This document shows, piece by piece, positions 14,000-27,385 of a DNA stretch of 64,000 nt. How positions within the stretch are numbered: the stretch's first letter is position 1; each line of letters begins with the position of its first letter. Position numbers and translations under genes: made by a program. Below the pieces are notes generated by a model. It did not search any database. It had not been told where the DNA came from and saw only the letters and a program-made list of their open reading frames with translations. Source of the stretch: Octopus vulgaris (lineage: Eukaryota); NCBI GenBank assembly GCA_951406725.2, contig OX597814.1, positions 114,266,001-114,330,000 of the forward strand, read 5' to 3'.

Positions 14000-16254
14000 T
14001 ATTTCTTTACTGTTCACAAGGGGCTACACACAGAAGGGACAAACATGGACAAACGGATTTAGTAGATTATATCAACCCCAGTGCATAACTGGTACTCATT
14101 TAATTGACCCCAAAAGGATGAAAGGCAAAGTCGACCTTGGAGGAATTTGAACTAAGAACGTAGCGGCAGACGAAATACCGCTAAGCATTTCACCCTGCAT
14201 GCTAAGGTTTCTGCCAGCTTGCCTGTGTGTGCATGTATGAGTGTGTGTGTTTGAGCTCCATTGCCACTTGACAACCAATGCTGGTGTGTTTACATCTCCG
14301 TAACTTAGCAGTGTGGCAAAAGAGACCAATAGAATAAGTACCAGGCTTATATCATCATCATCATCATTTAACGTCCGTTCTCCATGCTAGCATGGGTTGG
14401 ATGGTTCAACCGGGGATCTGGGAAGCCAGAAGGCTGCACCAGGCTCCAGTCTTATCTGGCAATGTTTCTACAGCTGGATGCCCTTCCTAACGCCAACCAC
14501 TCCGTGAGTGTAGTGGGTGCTATTTACGTGCCACCTGCACAGGTGCCAGGCGAGGCTGGCAACGGCCACAGTTGGATTGGTGTATTTTACGTGCCACCAG
14601 CACGGAAGCCAGTCGAGGCAGCGCTGGCATCGGCCACAAAACCAAAAAGCCCAAAGGTCGATTCATTCAACTAAAAATTTTTCAAGGCAGTGCACCAGTA
14701 TGGCCACAACCTAATGACTGAAACAAGAAAAAGGTAAAAGATAAAAAAAAAATAGGAGGAAATTAGTTGACAAGAACAAAAGAAATGTTTTAATTTAATT
14801 CTAGAATTAAGCCGAGTCCCAAACCCAAACGGAGGATATTGCAGTCATTTGAAGAATTAATTAAAATAATGGATACCAATCCTTGCCATAATATAAGCAA
14901 CTAGAATTGAATTTAGTGATTATTGGGTAATTTCTTTGAGGGAACATCAGACATTCCACTGAATGCCATTTGGTTAATTCTAGAAAATTGGTAAAATATT
15001 TCTGCTATTGACTTGCTTTCATTTTGCATCCGAATGGAGTGCAAATATTGATATATAATCAATTGATTACAATTTATAACTGAAGGACAGCTTGTGGAGC
15101 TTCTACATGAAATATTTGTTTATTGACAACTTATCATTCAACCAGCTTTCCAGCTGTGACCACCATTACCCATTAGGGCTGCTTCATATATACATATATG
15201 TGATTCATTATTCCAATATGCATCTCCATTTTTAAGACTGAAACGGTTTTGAAAGCTGCTTGATTTAATTCAAGTCATTGGTGCAATTGGGTAAAGGTTT
15301 TTTTTTAAGCTACATATGTAGAAGATACTACCTTTAATCTTTTACTTGTTTCAGTCATTGGACTGCAGCCATACAAAGGCACTATCTAGAGAGGCTGAGT
15401 CAAATCGCCTCCCAGTACTTATTTTTGAAGTCTGGTAGTTACAGGGAGGTAAATAAACCAACACCAAGTATCAAGTAGTGTGCAGAACAAATACAAACAC
15501 AAAGACACACACACACGACAGGCTTCCACACAGTTTCTATCTACCAAATTCACTCACAAGGATTTTGTCAGCCCGGAGATATCGTAGAAGACACTTGTCC
15601 AAAGTGTTGCACAGTCAGACTGAACCTAAAATCACATGGTTGTAAAGTAAGGTTCTTAACCACATAACTATGTCTGTGTTTACAACATAGTAGATATTGT
15701 AAACAAAACTATTATTATTATAATTATTAGAAAATATTTACATTTCATAATATATTTTGTTTTGAAGGCGGCAAGCTGGCAGAAATGTTAGCATGCCAGG
15801 CGAAATGCTTAGCAGTATTTTGTCTGTCTTTACATTCTGAGTTCAAATTCCGCCGAGGTCAACTTTGCCTTTCATCCTTTCGGGGTCAATAAATTGAGTA
15901 CCAGTTACGCACTGGGTTCGATGTAATCGACTTAATCCCTTCATCTGTCCTTGTTTGTCCCCTCTATATTCAGCCCCTTGTGGGCAATAAAGAAATAAGA
16001 TATTGTAAACAAAGCAAAAACTGTACAAACATTCTAATAGTACTTACAAGCTATACATTTGACCAACACAAAGAAATAACAATATTTGTGGACAAAAACT
16101 AATTCAGCTCCATTGTAATTCATACCCATTCTACTTGGGCAACCCCACCAACAATCTCTTCACAAAATACAGCTTATCACCAGCACTGGCTGAACTTCTG
16201 AAGAAGCCACTACAAAAGTAATCAAAAATAGTTTAGAAACGGTATTCTACTCAC

Positions 16255-16401
16255 CTCAGTTTCTAAGATAACATTCTCAATGTTGCTTTTACGAACACTT
16301 TTCTTTACAGAAGTATTTTTACAACTCTGTGCCAAATTCACTTGCTCTTTATCAGGTTCTGTGTTGTTCGCAAGTGGAATCGTGGATTTATGACTTGTAT
16401 T
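16255..16401 (-). CDS. STK36: STK36 probable coding exon 9 (NTSHKSTIPLANNTEPDKEQ...NIENVILETE)
   Basis: cttcAG acceptor, GTGAGT donor, 147 nt open, phase 0-0. Confidence 0.72.
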
Positions 16402-16527
16402 CTGAAGTTGCAAGTTAAAAAAAGGAAAAGAAAATGTAATCAAAATTTTGCAACGTTTTAAAGATAAAAGTCTTAATTGAAGACGAATGCAATAAAATCA
16501 ATTTCGAAATCAAATTAGTAATTTTAA

Positions 16528-16751
16528 CCCTTTTTGTTGTCATATTTCTGTTGAGATGCTCTGTGTTTCTTTCAGTTAATTTTAAATCTAACAAAGAATT
16601 TAGTAAAATAACTTAGTTATCATTAAGCTAGTGTTAGGAACATAAATTGTGACTAAGGTTTGCTGGAAAGATTTTAATTCAAAACTTATGAAAACAAGAC
16701 ATTTGTACTACAGAGTCAGAGCCAGTTTCAGCCGGGTTGGTAACGAAAGGG
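16528..16751. mobile_element. piggyBac-like MITE (partial tandem copy at 16780-16958)
   Basis: TTAA-CCCTT...AAGGG-TTAA. Confidence 0.7.
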
Positions 16752-19498
16752 TTAAGAATTGTTTCTCTATTATATATTCTAACCATTTCATTACTGTATT
16801 TATTTTGAGATGCTCTGTGTTTCTTTCAATTACTTTAAATATAAAAAAGAATTTAATAAAATAACTTGGTTATCATTAAGCTAGTATTAGGAACATAAAT
16901 TGTGACTAAGGTTTGGTGGAAGATTTTAATTCAGAACTTTTGAAAACAAGTTATTTACTATGACAATGTTGGTAGGATAATTAGGGGATGGAACTTAAAA
17001 CCGTCAAACCTAAAATCCTCATCTTAGCTTTTATAGCCTTAATGTTTCAGCAGTTATATTCTTCAGTTTTCTTCAAGAGTTTCAATATTCATATTCAATA
17101 AGGCTGCAAGATGGTAGAATCATTACCATGCTAGGCGAGATAGTAACATTTTGTCTGTCTTTATGTTCTGAGTTCAAATTCCAAGGTCGATTTTTCCTTT
17201 TATCCTTTTGGGGTCATTAAAAAAAGTACCAGTCATACACAGGGGTCAATGAAGTCAACTTAATCCCATTCCCTTGAAATTGCTGACCTTGTGCTAAAAT
17301 CTGAAACCAATATTAATGTTCAATAATTCAATAATTAAAATTTCGAAATTAATTATTTATTCAATCCATGGGGGTAGGTTGTTGTCATCCATGAGGTCCA
17401 TACCAGGAATATTCTTGAATCAGTTATTCTTGAATTTGTAATGAAATTTTCTCATTTCACTCGAGCCAGAGATTGAACTCATGCCCACTAAGTAATCTGC
17501 AACACTTGACATTTAATCAGTGCTTCTATTCACGATGCCATTGTCCCATAGGACAGGGTTAGGCGATGGTATTTGCTTTGGTATAAACCAATGAAAGGTA
17601 CCAGGTGTAGGTACAAATCAATTCTGTAAACAGTAGGAGCATCATATAATTAACAAACGTTTCATCAGTTTCCATTAATGGTTTCAACTTGTGAGCTTGG
17701 ATTTGGCAACAGAAAGTTGCTCTTCATCTTCTGCATTTAACATTTGTCTTCCATACTGGCATAGGTTGGATGGTACTGCACCAAGCTCCACCGTCTGATT
17801 TGACATTGTTTGCACAGCTAGATCATCATCATCATCGTTTAATGTCCACTTTCCATGCTAGCATGGGTTGGACGATTTGACTGAGGTCTGGCGAACCAGA
17901 TGGCTGCACCAGACTCCAATCTGATCTGGCAGAGTTTCTACAGCTGGATGCCCTTCCTAACACCAACCGCTCCGAGAGTGTAGTGGGTGCTTTTACGTGC
18001 CACAAGCACGAGGGCCAGTCAGGTGGTACTAGCAACGGTCATGCTTAAATGGTGTTTTGTATGTGCCACCTGCACAAGAGCCAGTCCAGCAGCACTGGCA
18101 ACAATGTTGCTTGAATGTTTTTTCAAGCACCACCAGCACAAGTGCCAGTAAGGCGACGCAGGTAGCGATCACTAGATGTCCTTCGTAATACCAACCATTT
18201 TACAGAGTGGACTGGGTGCTTTTCACAAGGCACCAACAAGCTTCAGTACAAGTGGCAGCTTCTAATTCTTGAAACCTTGAAACAGTGCTCCAGCTCCATA
18301 CTCATTTTAAAGCCCACTTTTCATGTTGGCATGGGTTGGACAGTTTGATTGAAAATTGGTAACCAAGTGGGGCTGCACCAGGTTCCGATCTGATTTGCCA
18401 AGGTTTCTACTGCTAGATGCCCTTCCTAATGCCAACCACTCTGAGAAGGTAGTGTGTGTTTTTTTTTATGTGCCACCAGCATGGGTGCCATTGACCTGAC
18501 ACCAGTATTGGCCATACCAATTGTCTCACTTGGCTTGACAGGTCTACACAAACACAGTATATAGCCAAAGGTTTTGGTCACCTGTCACTGCCTCCATGAG
18601 GCCCAATGCTCAAATAGTGCTTTTTATGTGCCACTGGCACAGGTGCCACTTAGAAGGCTCAACAGGTCTTCACAAGCACAGCATATTACCCAACGATTGA
18701 AACATTTAATATCAACTGCTTTGTAGACTGCACATCAATGTTACTCTTTTACTTGTTTCAGTCATTTGACTGTGGCCATGCTGGAGTACCGCCTTTAGTC
18801 GAGCAAATAGACCTCAGGACTTATTGTTTGTAAGCCTAGTATTTGTTCTATTGGTATCTTTTGCTGAACCGCTAAGTGACAGGGGACGTAAACACACCAG
18901 CATCGGTTGTCAAGCAATGCTAGGGGGACAAACACAGACATACAGTATTTCTGTGTGTATTATATATACAACTGAAACAATGTTGTGAGAAGAACAACAT
19001 GAAATACATAAAAATTGCTTGTAATTTGCATATAATGGATATTGATGTGGTTTTGACAATGTTGATGACGACGAAAAAAAACAACAACAGGAATGTTATT
19101 GGTGGAGGTGGTGGTGGTGGTCGTGGTGGCAGTGATGTTTGTGGCAATGTTGGAAGTGGTGGTGGTGGTGGTGGTGGTGGTAACAATGTAGTTTCTGTAA
19201 GTAACAACCTGCCTAGTTAGGGACAAGTGCAACATCAACCATATGGAAATATAAACATCAGTAAATAGTTACTATCCAAGAAAAAAAAAAAAACGGTGTT
19301 ATTTTTGTCTCAGACATCTCTGCGTTATTTCTGCAGATTGTGCTCCCAGGTATTTTCCTCTAAAATATTTATAAAAATAAATTGATTTATTACAATCAAA
19401 GGAGATATAGATGGTAAAACAACAGGATTCCAGCATAAATATATCAATATGGAGAAATGACGGGGGGGGGGGGGGGAGTATGGTGAAATCTAATTTGC

Positions 19499-19781
19499 AT
19501 GTGTGTGTGTGTGTGTGATACATGCATACACAAACATACACACACTCATAAGACATATATATACACAAACAAAAACATATATACATACACACAAACATAT
19601 ACACACATACACACACACACACAGACAAACACATACATGCATACACATACATATACAAACATACATATACAACCATATACACACATGCATATATATACAT
19701 ACACCTACACACAACCACACACACACACACATACCTACACACAACCACACACACACATATATACATACACCTACACACAAC

Positions 19782-19813
<32 letters not shown>

Positions 19814-19857
19814 CACACACACACAAACATATACATACACACATATACACACACACT
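19499..19857. repeat. Compound (CA/TA)n tract
   Basis: Visible in sequence. Confidence 0.9.
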
Positions 19858-20053
19858 TAATTTTCCCATTAGAAGAACTCTCTGCAATATGAAAGAAATT
19901 CTGCTGAAACAAATGATATAAAAATAATGAAAATAGGTTGTTTTTTTTTTTAAGGAAACCCATTATTTCAGATATTAATTCAAAACAAATGCGACTCGTA
20001 CATTGAAGCCCACCAATAGATTATCTGTCTTTCATTCACAGTAAAACGCTTAA

Positions 20054-20520
20054 ACAGAATAATGTATTGGAATATTCTAGATTGGCTGGTGTTGTGCAGG
20101 ACTCCAAATTTGCTGGGATGGGACAAGGGAGCCACTATGTGGTTATCTGACATGCTTGAAATAACAGCTACTCTCCCTTAAATCAAAACCTAACATCTTG
20201 AAAAGTATACAAGGGATTAGATAGAATAATGCATTGGAATATTCTAGTTTTGCTTGGTGTCATGCAGGACTTGAAATTTGCTAGGATCAGACAAGGGAGC
20301 CACTATGTGGTTATCTAACATGCTTGAAATAGCAGCTACCCTCCTTTAAGTCAGAACCTAACATCATTATAAGGAAGAATACAAGGGATTAAACAGAATA
20401 ATATATTGGAATATTCTAGCTTTGGCTGGTGTCATGCAGGACTCCAAATTTGCTAGGATCAGACACTATGTAGTTATCTGACATGCTTGAAATAACAGCT
20501 ACTCTCCCTTAAATCAAAAG
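20054..20520. repeat. ~168-bp tandem repeat, ~2.7 copies
   Basis: attggaatattctag...gcaggact...ccactatgtggttatct recurs at ~20066, 20233 and 20405. Confidence 0.85.
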
Positions 20521-21489
20521 GAAGTAATGCAGTGGAAAATGTATAATGGTAATCCTAGTTCTACTCTGTCTCAATAAAAGACAGGATGATCATAACTGGA
20601 GTGTCTCTGAATGTTTGCTGGATCAGGGATGACCTAACCTATACAGCAATATATTATTGGTTTCAAATTTTGACACACAGCCAAAAATTTCGAGGGGAGG
20701 GGGTAAGTCAATTACACTGACCCCAGTACTTCAAGTGGTACTAATCTATTGACCCTGAAAGGATGAAAGGCAAAGTCGACCATGGCAGAATTTGAACTCA
20801 GAACATAAAGATGAACAAAATGCCACTGAGAAAAATGCCACCCAGCTTGCTCATAATTCTGCCAGTTTGCCATCTTGATGATAATAATAATAATAATAAT
20901 AAATGCCCTGATGCAGTACCAGGCAGTGGCTCTCGTGCTTCTGATCTTAACTGAACTGATTGGAAGTGTTATCATGTACATTGTTTTGCCTTGGTATAAA
21001 AGATGGGCTACAGCAAATATTCTGCTCAATACCACAGATTTGCTTGTCACTTGTTTGACCTTAACCAGTTGACTATGTCCCTTAGTGGCTGACGATATGT
21101 GCATCTCTGATCATGAACAGAAGTAGTGGGGGAGCATCATAGCCATGTGTTGAGAGGAATTCTTTGGGGCTTGAATAATTCACCTCTGGAAACATGGGTG
21201 GTTCGTTCAACATCCTTAAACAATCCTTATTCAGGGACCTTTTGAGCATGATGGGCTACTCGATTAGAAGAAAATTCTAACTGGGCCCCACCTGCAAGGT
21301 CATGTGCTGCTTATCTTGATATGAGATCACCATGTCACGCACATTTGGTTGTGATGCCTGGTGTACCCTTATCAGACAGGTAGACATGATGGGTATACTG
21401 GGCTTTGTATATTTTACCCCAGTGTCACTTTAATGGCATGAAAATACTAATACTACTACTACTAATAATAATACAAATAGCATATTCAC

Positions 21490-21570
21490 CATGAATTCCA
21501 TAGGAAATAAAAGGATGAGTGAGTAATTCCAGTCAAGATAGTCGATTTTGACAATTTTTTGAAAGCAAGC
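21490..21570 (-). pseudogene. Duplicated 3' fragment of STK36 exon 6 with donor (pseudo-exon)
   Basis: 81 nt matching 33788-33868 with 5 substitutions, including TGG>TGA at 21535-21533; donor GTGAAT retained. Confidence 0.85.
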
Positions 21571-22539
21571 TTTCTCACTGGGGCCTGGTGCAGCCTCCTG
21601 GCTTGCCAGTCCTCAGTCAAACTGTCCAACCCATGCCAGCATGGAAAGCAGATATTAAACGATAATGATGATGATAATGATGATGATTTAACGATGATGG
21701 GGAAGCAAGTATACTCAGTTTTATTTGTGTGACACAAGAGACACAGGAACTGTGCCAACTCGTTTTTGAAAGAAGTGGTATTTTCAAAATTCCCCACATT
21801 TCATATGATGCTTTATGCACATCATTTTCTTTTACTGGCCAACAGAACGAGGTTGCAAGAAGTGATTTGCATGCGACTAATTAGTTTATAATATCATCAT
21901 CAAAAATTTAATCAGTGCAGTGAGGGTTTTAAATATTCTGAGAGGAATCCAATGAGAATATTGGTGATTACATTGAAACGGCAGCAAGATGTGGATTTGA
22001 GACCCAGTGGATATTTGTAATTTTCTTCAAGCTTTATAGTTACATAAATTCTCCAATTCAATAAAAATGTCATGTTTGAGGATTAATCCCAAAGCTAATC
22101 ATAAATTTAATTTAATTGTTGAATTCATAAGAAACTACAATTGGTTTCTGTAAATTATTCTAAATGAGTCTCTCTAATGATTGTAAAATCTGGATTTTAC
22201 AAGTTAGATTATGATTAAGTTGAGTGAAGACACATAGTGCAGAGGTTTGGATATTTGGCTTATGATAGTAAGGTTGTGAGTTCTATTCTCAGTAATGTGT
22301 TGTATGCTTGAGCAACACACTTTATATCATGTTGCACCAGTCCTCTCAACTAAGTAAAAATGATTAGAAAGACCAGCAATGTCATATTCTGTGTCATGCT
22401 GAATCTCCCTGGGAACTAAAGGGTATACGTGTTTGTGGAATGCTCAGCCACTTGCACTTAAGTTTCATGAGTAAGCTGTTCTGTTGCTCAGATCAACTGG
22501 AACCCTCGTCATCATAACCAGTAAACTACCAGGATTTAT

Positions 22540-22995
22540 GGCTACTAACTCCAAAATTCCGAGTTCGATTCCAGGCAGTGACCTGAATAATAATAATAAT
22601 AATGAATTCTTTTTTATTGGCCACAAGGGCTGACACGCATGATTACATGAAGGGACAAGACAGGACGAAAGGTTACAAAGGGTTTTGTCCGTTTGTTAAA
22701 AAAATCCGTGTAAAAATACATTAACAATAATTATAATAAAACAATGAAAAACTCCCAAAAGGGGGAGACGTTTCGAAAGGTTCCTGGTGGAAAAACCCTA
22801 CAAAAGCCAACGGGAGCCTGGTCAAAAAAAAAAAATAATAATAATAATAATAACATCGAAAAATACCTAAGGAATGAGAACCCAGGTGTGAAATTTCCCC
22901 AAGACACCTGATGAAGGCTGGAGGGTATATCAGATGAAACGTTGTGTTAACAACAAACAAGATGAGGACAAATATCCATCAAATGTAAATAATGT
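22540..22995 (+). mobile_element. tRNA-head/hammerhead element, copy A (single arm, insert in AAT linker)
   Basis: 3' half of head (gagttcgattcc), AAT linker, hammerhead at 22903-22948. Confidence 0.75.
22903..22948 (+). ncRNA. Minimal type I hammerhead ribozyme motif (stem II weakened)
   Basis: gacacCTGATGAaggctggagggtatatcagatGAAACGTTgtgtt. Confidence 0.6.
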
Positions 22996-25461
22996 CAAGA
23001 GTTGTCAACATATTACTAAAGATCTGACTCCCTTCCCAAATACATATTCTTAATTAATTCCAGTTAATTAAAAAGAGACACCACAGGATCAAGAGGAACC
23101 TTTAGTCTTGTTGAGGACATGACAACCACACAAACTATAAAGTATCTGGCATACTCTATGAAATGATTAACAAATGATTGGAGATAACATCATGATCATC
23201 ATCTATTTTCCATGCCAGCATGGGTTGGATGGTTTGATAGGAGCTGGCAAGCCAGAAAGCTGCACCAGGTCCAATTGTTTGTGTTGGCGTGGTTCCTACA
23301 GCTGGATGCCCTTCCTGGATGCAAATCACTTCTTGCAGCCTCTTTCTGTTGGCCAGTAAAAGAATATGATGTGCATAAAGCATCATATGAAATGTGGGGA
23401 ATTTTGAAAATACCCCTTCTTTCAAAAACGAGTTGGCTCAGTTCCTGTTAAATGGTAATAATGATTACCAGAGTTGTCTCTCTCTTGTCTTTTCTGACCA
23501 GAATTGTTTATTTAGATAACAATTTCTTCACCCTTACCCAGGGTGTAATCTTAATTAAAATTTCCTAACACAAGCCACTTTACAGAGTGAACTTTATCAT
23601 GGTACCATCACTTAATCAAGGTACTAGAGGTTACCTTGTTCCCAGCAAAACTTAAAGGTCATCATTTCTATATTGAAACCCTTCATACAGGGCAACATGA
23701 CCAAGAGAGTAAATAGGAGAGCAATGACAGAAGAACTAGGGTGAGAAGGATAGAGAGCAGGGGTGAAGAGAGGTTGTCAGGAGAAACAGAGGTCTTTGAC
23801 ATTTTACTTCTGGCTGTGGCTATGCTGGGGCACCACCTGAAAGAATTTTTAGTTGTATGAATCGACCCCATTATCTCGTATTTTTTTAACAGGGTACTTA
23901 TTCCATTGGTCTCTTTTGCCAAACTGCTAAGTTATGCGGATGTCAAGCAGTGGTGGGAGACAAACACACACACGTAAGACAGGCTTTTTTCAGTTTCTGT
24001 CTACCAGATCCACTAACAAGGCTTTGGTCTGCACAAGACTATAGTAGCAAACACATGCCCAAGGTGCCATGCAGTGGGACTGAAACTGAAACCATGTGAT
24101 AGTGAAGCAAATTTCTTATTTTTCTATTGCCCACAAGGGGTTACACACGGAGGGGACAAACAAGGACAGACAAACGGATTAAGTCAATTATATCGACCCC
24201 AGTGGGTAACTGGTACTTAATTTATCGACCCCGAAAGGATGAAAGGCAAAGTCAACCTCGGCAGAATTTGAACTCACAATGTAGCAGCAGACGAAATACC
24301 GCTTAGCATTTTGCCTGGTGTGCAAACGCTTCTGAGAATGAGTGCATTTATATATGCATGTGTGTAATACACACATGTATGTTCGCGCACGCAGAAAGCA
24401 GCAATGCTCAGTGCAGCAATGCTCAGTGACTGACCAGGCTATCAGATGTTGCTACACATCTCTGGTCACACAATGCGCTTCGCATTGTTTTAGCCTTCAA
24501 ATGACGCCACCCCGCTGGCTAAGCGAGCAGGCCAACAGAAGAAAGAGCGAGAGAAAGTTGTAGTGAAAGAGTACAGCAGGGAATGCCACCATCCCCTGCC
24601 GGAGCCTCGTGGAGCTTTAGGTGTTTTCGCTCAATAAACACTCACAACGCCCGGTCTGGGAATCGAAACTGCGATCCTACGACCACCAGTCCACTGCCCT
24701 TACCACACAGCCACACCTGTGCCTATTGAGACAATCTAAATTTATTTCCCTACACAAATGCCACTGATATTTTCTTTTTCCTTTCATGCTTTCTATCAGC
24801 AAAATAAGCATTACACAGATCTGTTAACGATCCTGGATTTGCAACTAAAGTCAGGAAAAACATCTGAGTAAAATGGCTTTTGCTGCTTTCAGATTCCTCT
24901 TGAATTATTGGTAATCAATAAATTTTTTAAATCTCAAATACCACCAAGGTCAACTTTACCATTTTTCTTTCAAAGTTAAATAAAGGAAAACTCAGTATTT
25001 GCAATTGAAAGAGAATTAAATTAAAGTGCCATCTGTGTATCATTCTAAATGTATACACAATTAAAAGATATGAAGCTATGGAATTGGCTGTGATGTTATC
25101 TTTTCATAGATTTGCTGTGTGAAAAACTAAATATCTCAGAGTTTTTCCTCAGCCTGGCAAGCTTCTTCAATACCAGTGAATGTTTTATCTATATAAGTGC
25201 AGGTGTGGCTGTGAGGTAAACAGTCCCTGTGTCAACTACATGGTTACCGGTTCAGTTCCACTCCGTGGAATCTTGGGTAAGTGTTTTCTACCATAGCCTC
25301 AGGCCAACCAAATCCTTGTGAGTGGATTTGGTAGACAGAAACTGAAAGAAACCCATCAAACACACACACACACACCCATCATCATCATCGTTTGATGTCC
25401 ACTTTCCATGCTGGCATGGGTTGGACGGTTTGACTGAGGACTGGTAAGCCAGAAGGCTGTA

Positions 25462-25519
<58 letters not shown>

Positions 25520-26131
25520 TTGTGTGTGTGTGGTTGTCTCCCACCACTGCTTGGCAACCTGTGTTCATGTTCCGATATCTTGATGGTTTGGCAAAAGAGA
25601 CCATAGAATAAGTCATCATCATCATCATTTAACGTCCGTTTTCCATGCTGGCATGGATTGGGCGGTTTGACTGAGGTCTGGGAAGCCAGGTGGCTGCACC
25701 AGCCCCAATCTGATCTGGCAGTGTTTCTACAGCTGGATGCCCTTCCTAATGCCAACTACTCCGAGAATGCACTGGGTTCGTTTTACGTGCCACCGGCACA
25801 GGGGCCAGAGGAGCTGGCATTAACCATGATCGGATGGTGCTTTTTACGTGCCACTGACACGGAAGCCAGTCAAGGTGGTGCTGGCATCTGCCACGTTTGG
25901 ATGGTGCTTTTTATGCGCCACCAGCATAGAAACCTATCAAGGCGGCACTGGCATCAACCACGTTCCGATGGTGCTTTTTACGGCACTGGCATCGGCCACA
26001 TTTGGATGGTGCTTTTTACGGCACTGGCATCAGGTACATTCAGATGGTGCTTTTTACATGCCACCAGCACGAGGGTCACAACTACAATTTCCATTTATAA
26101 TAATAATAATAATAATGATAATAATAATAAT

Positions 26132-27385
26132 GAAATTATTGTATACAGTGCTCATGTGCACCACAACTTGTCAGAGAGTGTGTATAAAGTATATGCAGTA
26201 ATGTACAAATGTCTAGAAAGCGAACAGTGTATGAGTCATAAATGCTTGCGTGTGTATGGAGGGGAGAAAATCAGGTGTAGTGTTGGCGAATCTCAGAAAG
26301 CATGGAAGTTTTGAAGGATGCAATGCTCCGATAACTAACAACTGATGCTGGCAGTTTGTTCCATGTTTCAGCAACTCTCAGCATGAAAAAATGTTTCCTA
26401 AAGTCATGGGAGCTGTGCTGTTTTCCGACTTTGTAAATATGTCCACAGGTGTTAGACGGGTGGAGTTTGAAAAGATGCTCAGAGTTATTGTTTGTAAGAT
26501 GGTTAATAATTTTATGGGTGTCTGCCAAGTCAGCTGCCAGACGTCAGAGTTTCAATGTGTCCATGCCCAGGGAAGTAAGGCGTTCAGAATATGGCAAATT
26601 GCCTGATGGAGGGTATTCTTTTGGTTGCACGTCGCTGAACGGCTTCCAGACAATTAATATCCTGGGCAAGAGAGGGGTTACAGACCGGTGATGCAAATTC
26701 CAGGTGAGGCCTTACCATAGCTGGAGAGCGGCTCACAAAGGATGCCAAGACACCCTCAGCCTTCTTGGCAATTTTAGCGATGTGTTTTGTCCAACGCAAA
26801 CCGCTGTCGACAATAACACCCAGGTCACGTTCACACGAAGACTTTTTGAGATTAGTGTTGTGGAGGGAGTAAGTGGACACTGGGTTTCCCCTCCCAAAAT
26901 GCATGGTGGTGCATTTGTCCACAGCCAGCTTGAGTTGCCAGTCCATGATCCACTGCTGCATTGTGTCCAGGTCTGCTTGCAATAGAGATCTATAGTGTAC
27001 AGGATCTGACCTCTTTATTTCGAGGTACAGCTTGATGTCATCTGCATATTTCAGCCCTGTGGCATTCTTTAAGTTGGCATCTATGTCATTAACATATGCA
27101 ACAAATAAAAGGGGGCCAAGAACAGATCCCTGTGGTACACCAGATGTCATCTCATAGGGTGAAGAGTGCTGTCCAAGAACTGTGACAACCTCTTTTCGGC
27201 TGAAAATCAAGGACTTCAACCAGTTATGGAGTTCATCCCTTACGCCCAACGCAGAGAGTTTCACCATAAGTCTTTTGTATGGCACAGAGTTAAAAGCCTT
27301 AGCAAAGTCCAGGTAAACAACATCCACCCAGGATCCGTGATCAGTGATTTGGGTAATGTCCTCAAGAAACTCAATGAGTTGATTA
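26132..27385 (-). mobile_element. 5'-truncated CR1-like LINE (reverse transcriptase fragment)
   Basis: YLDFAKAF, SGVPQGSVLGP, YADD in ORF 26584-27327; C-terminal HFFMLRVAETWNKLP; (ATT)n tail at 26098-26131. Confidence 0.92.

Noticed and set aside
14384-14674. Recurring MLAWVG...FLQLDALPNANHS ORF family
   Set aside because: Antisense translation of repeat family 3 with inconsistent frames among copies.
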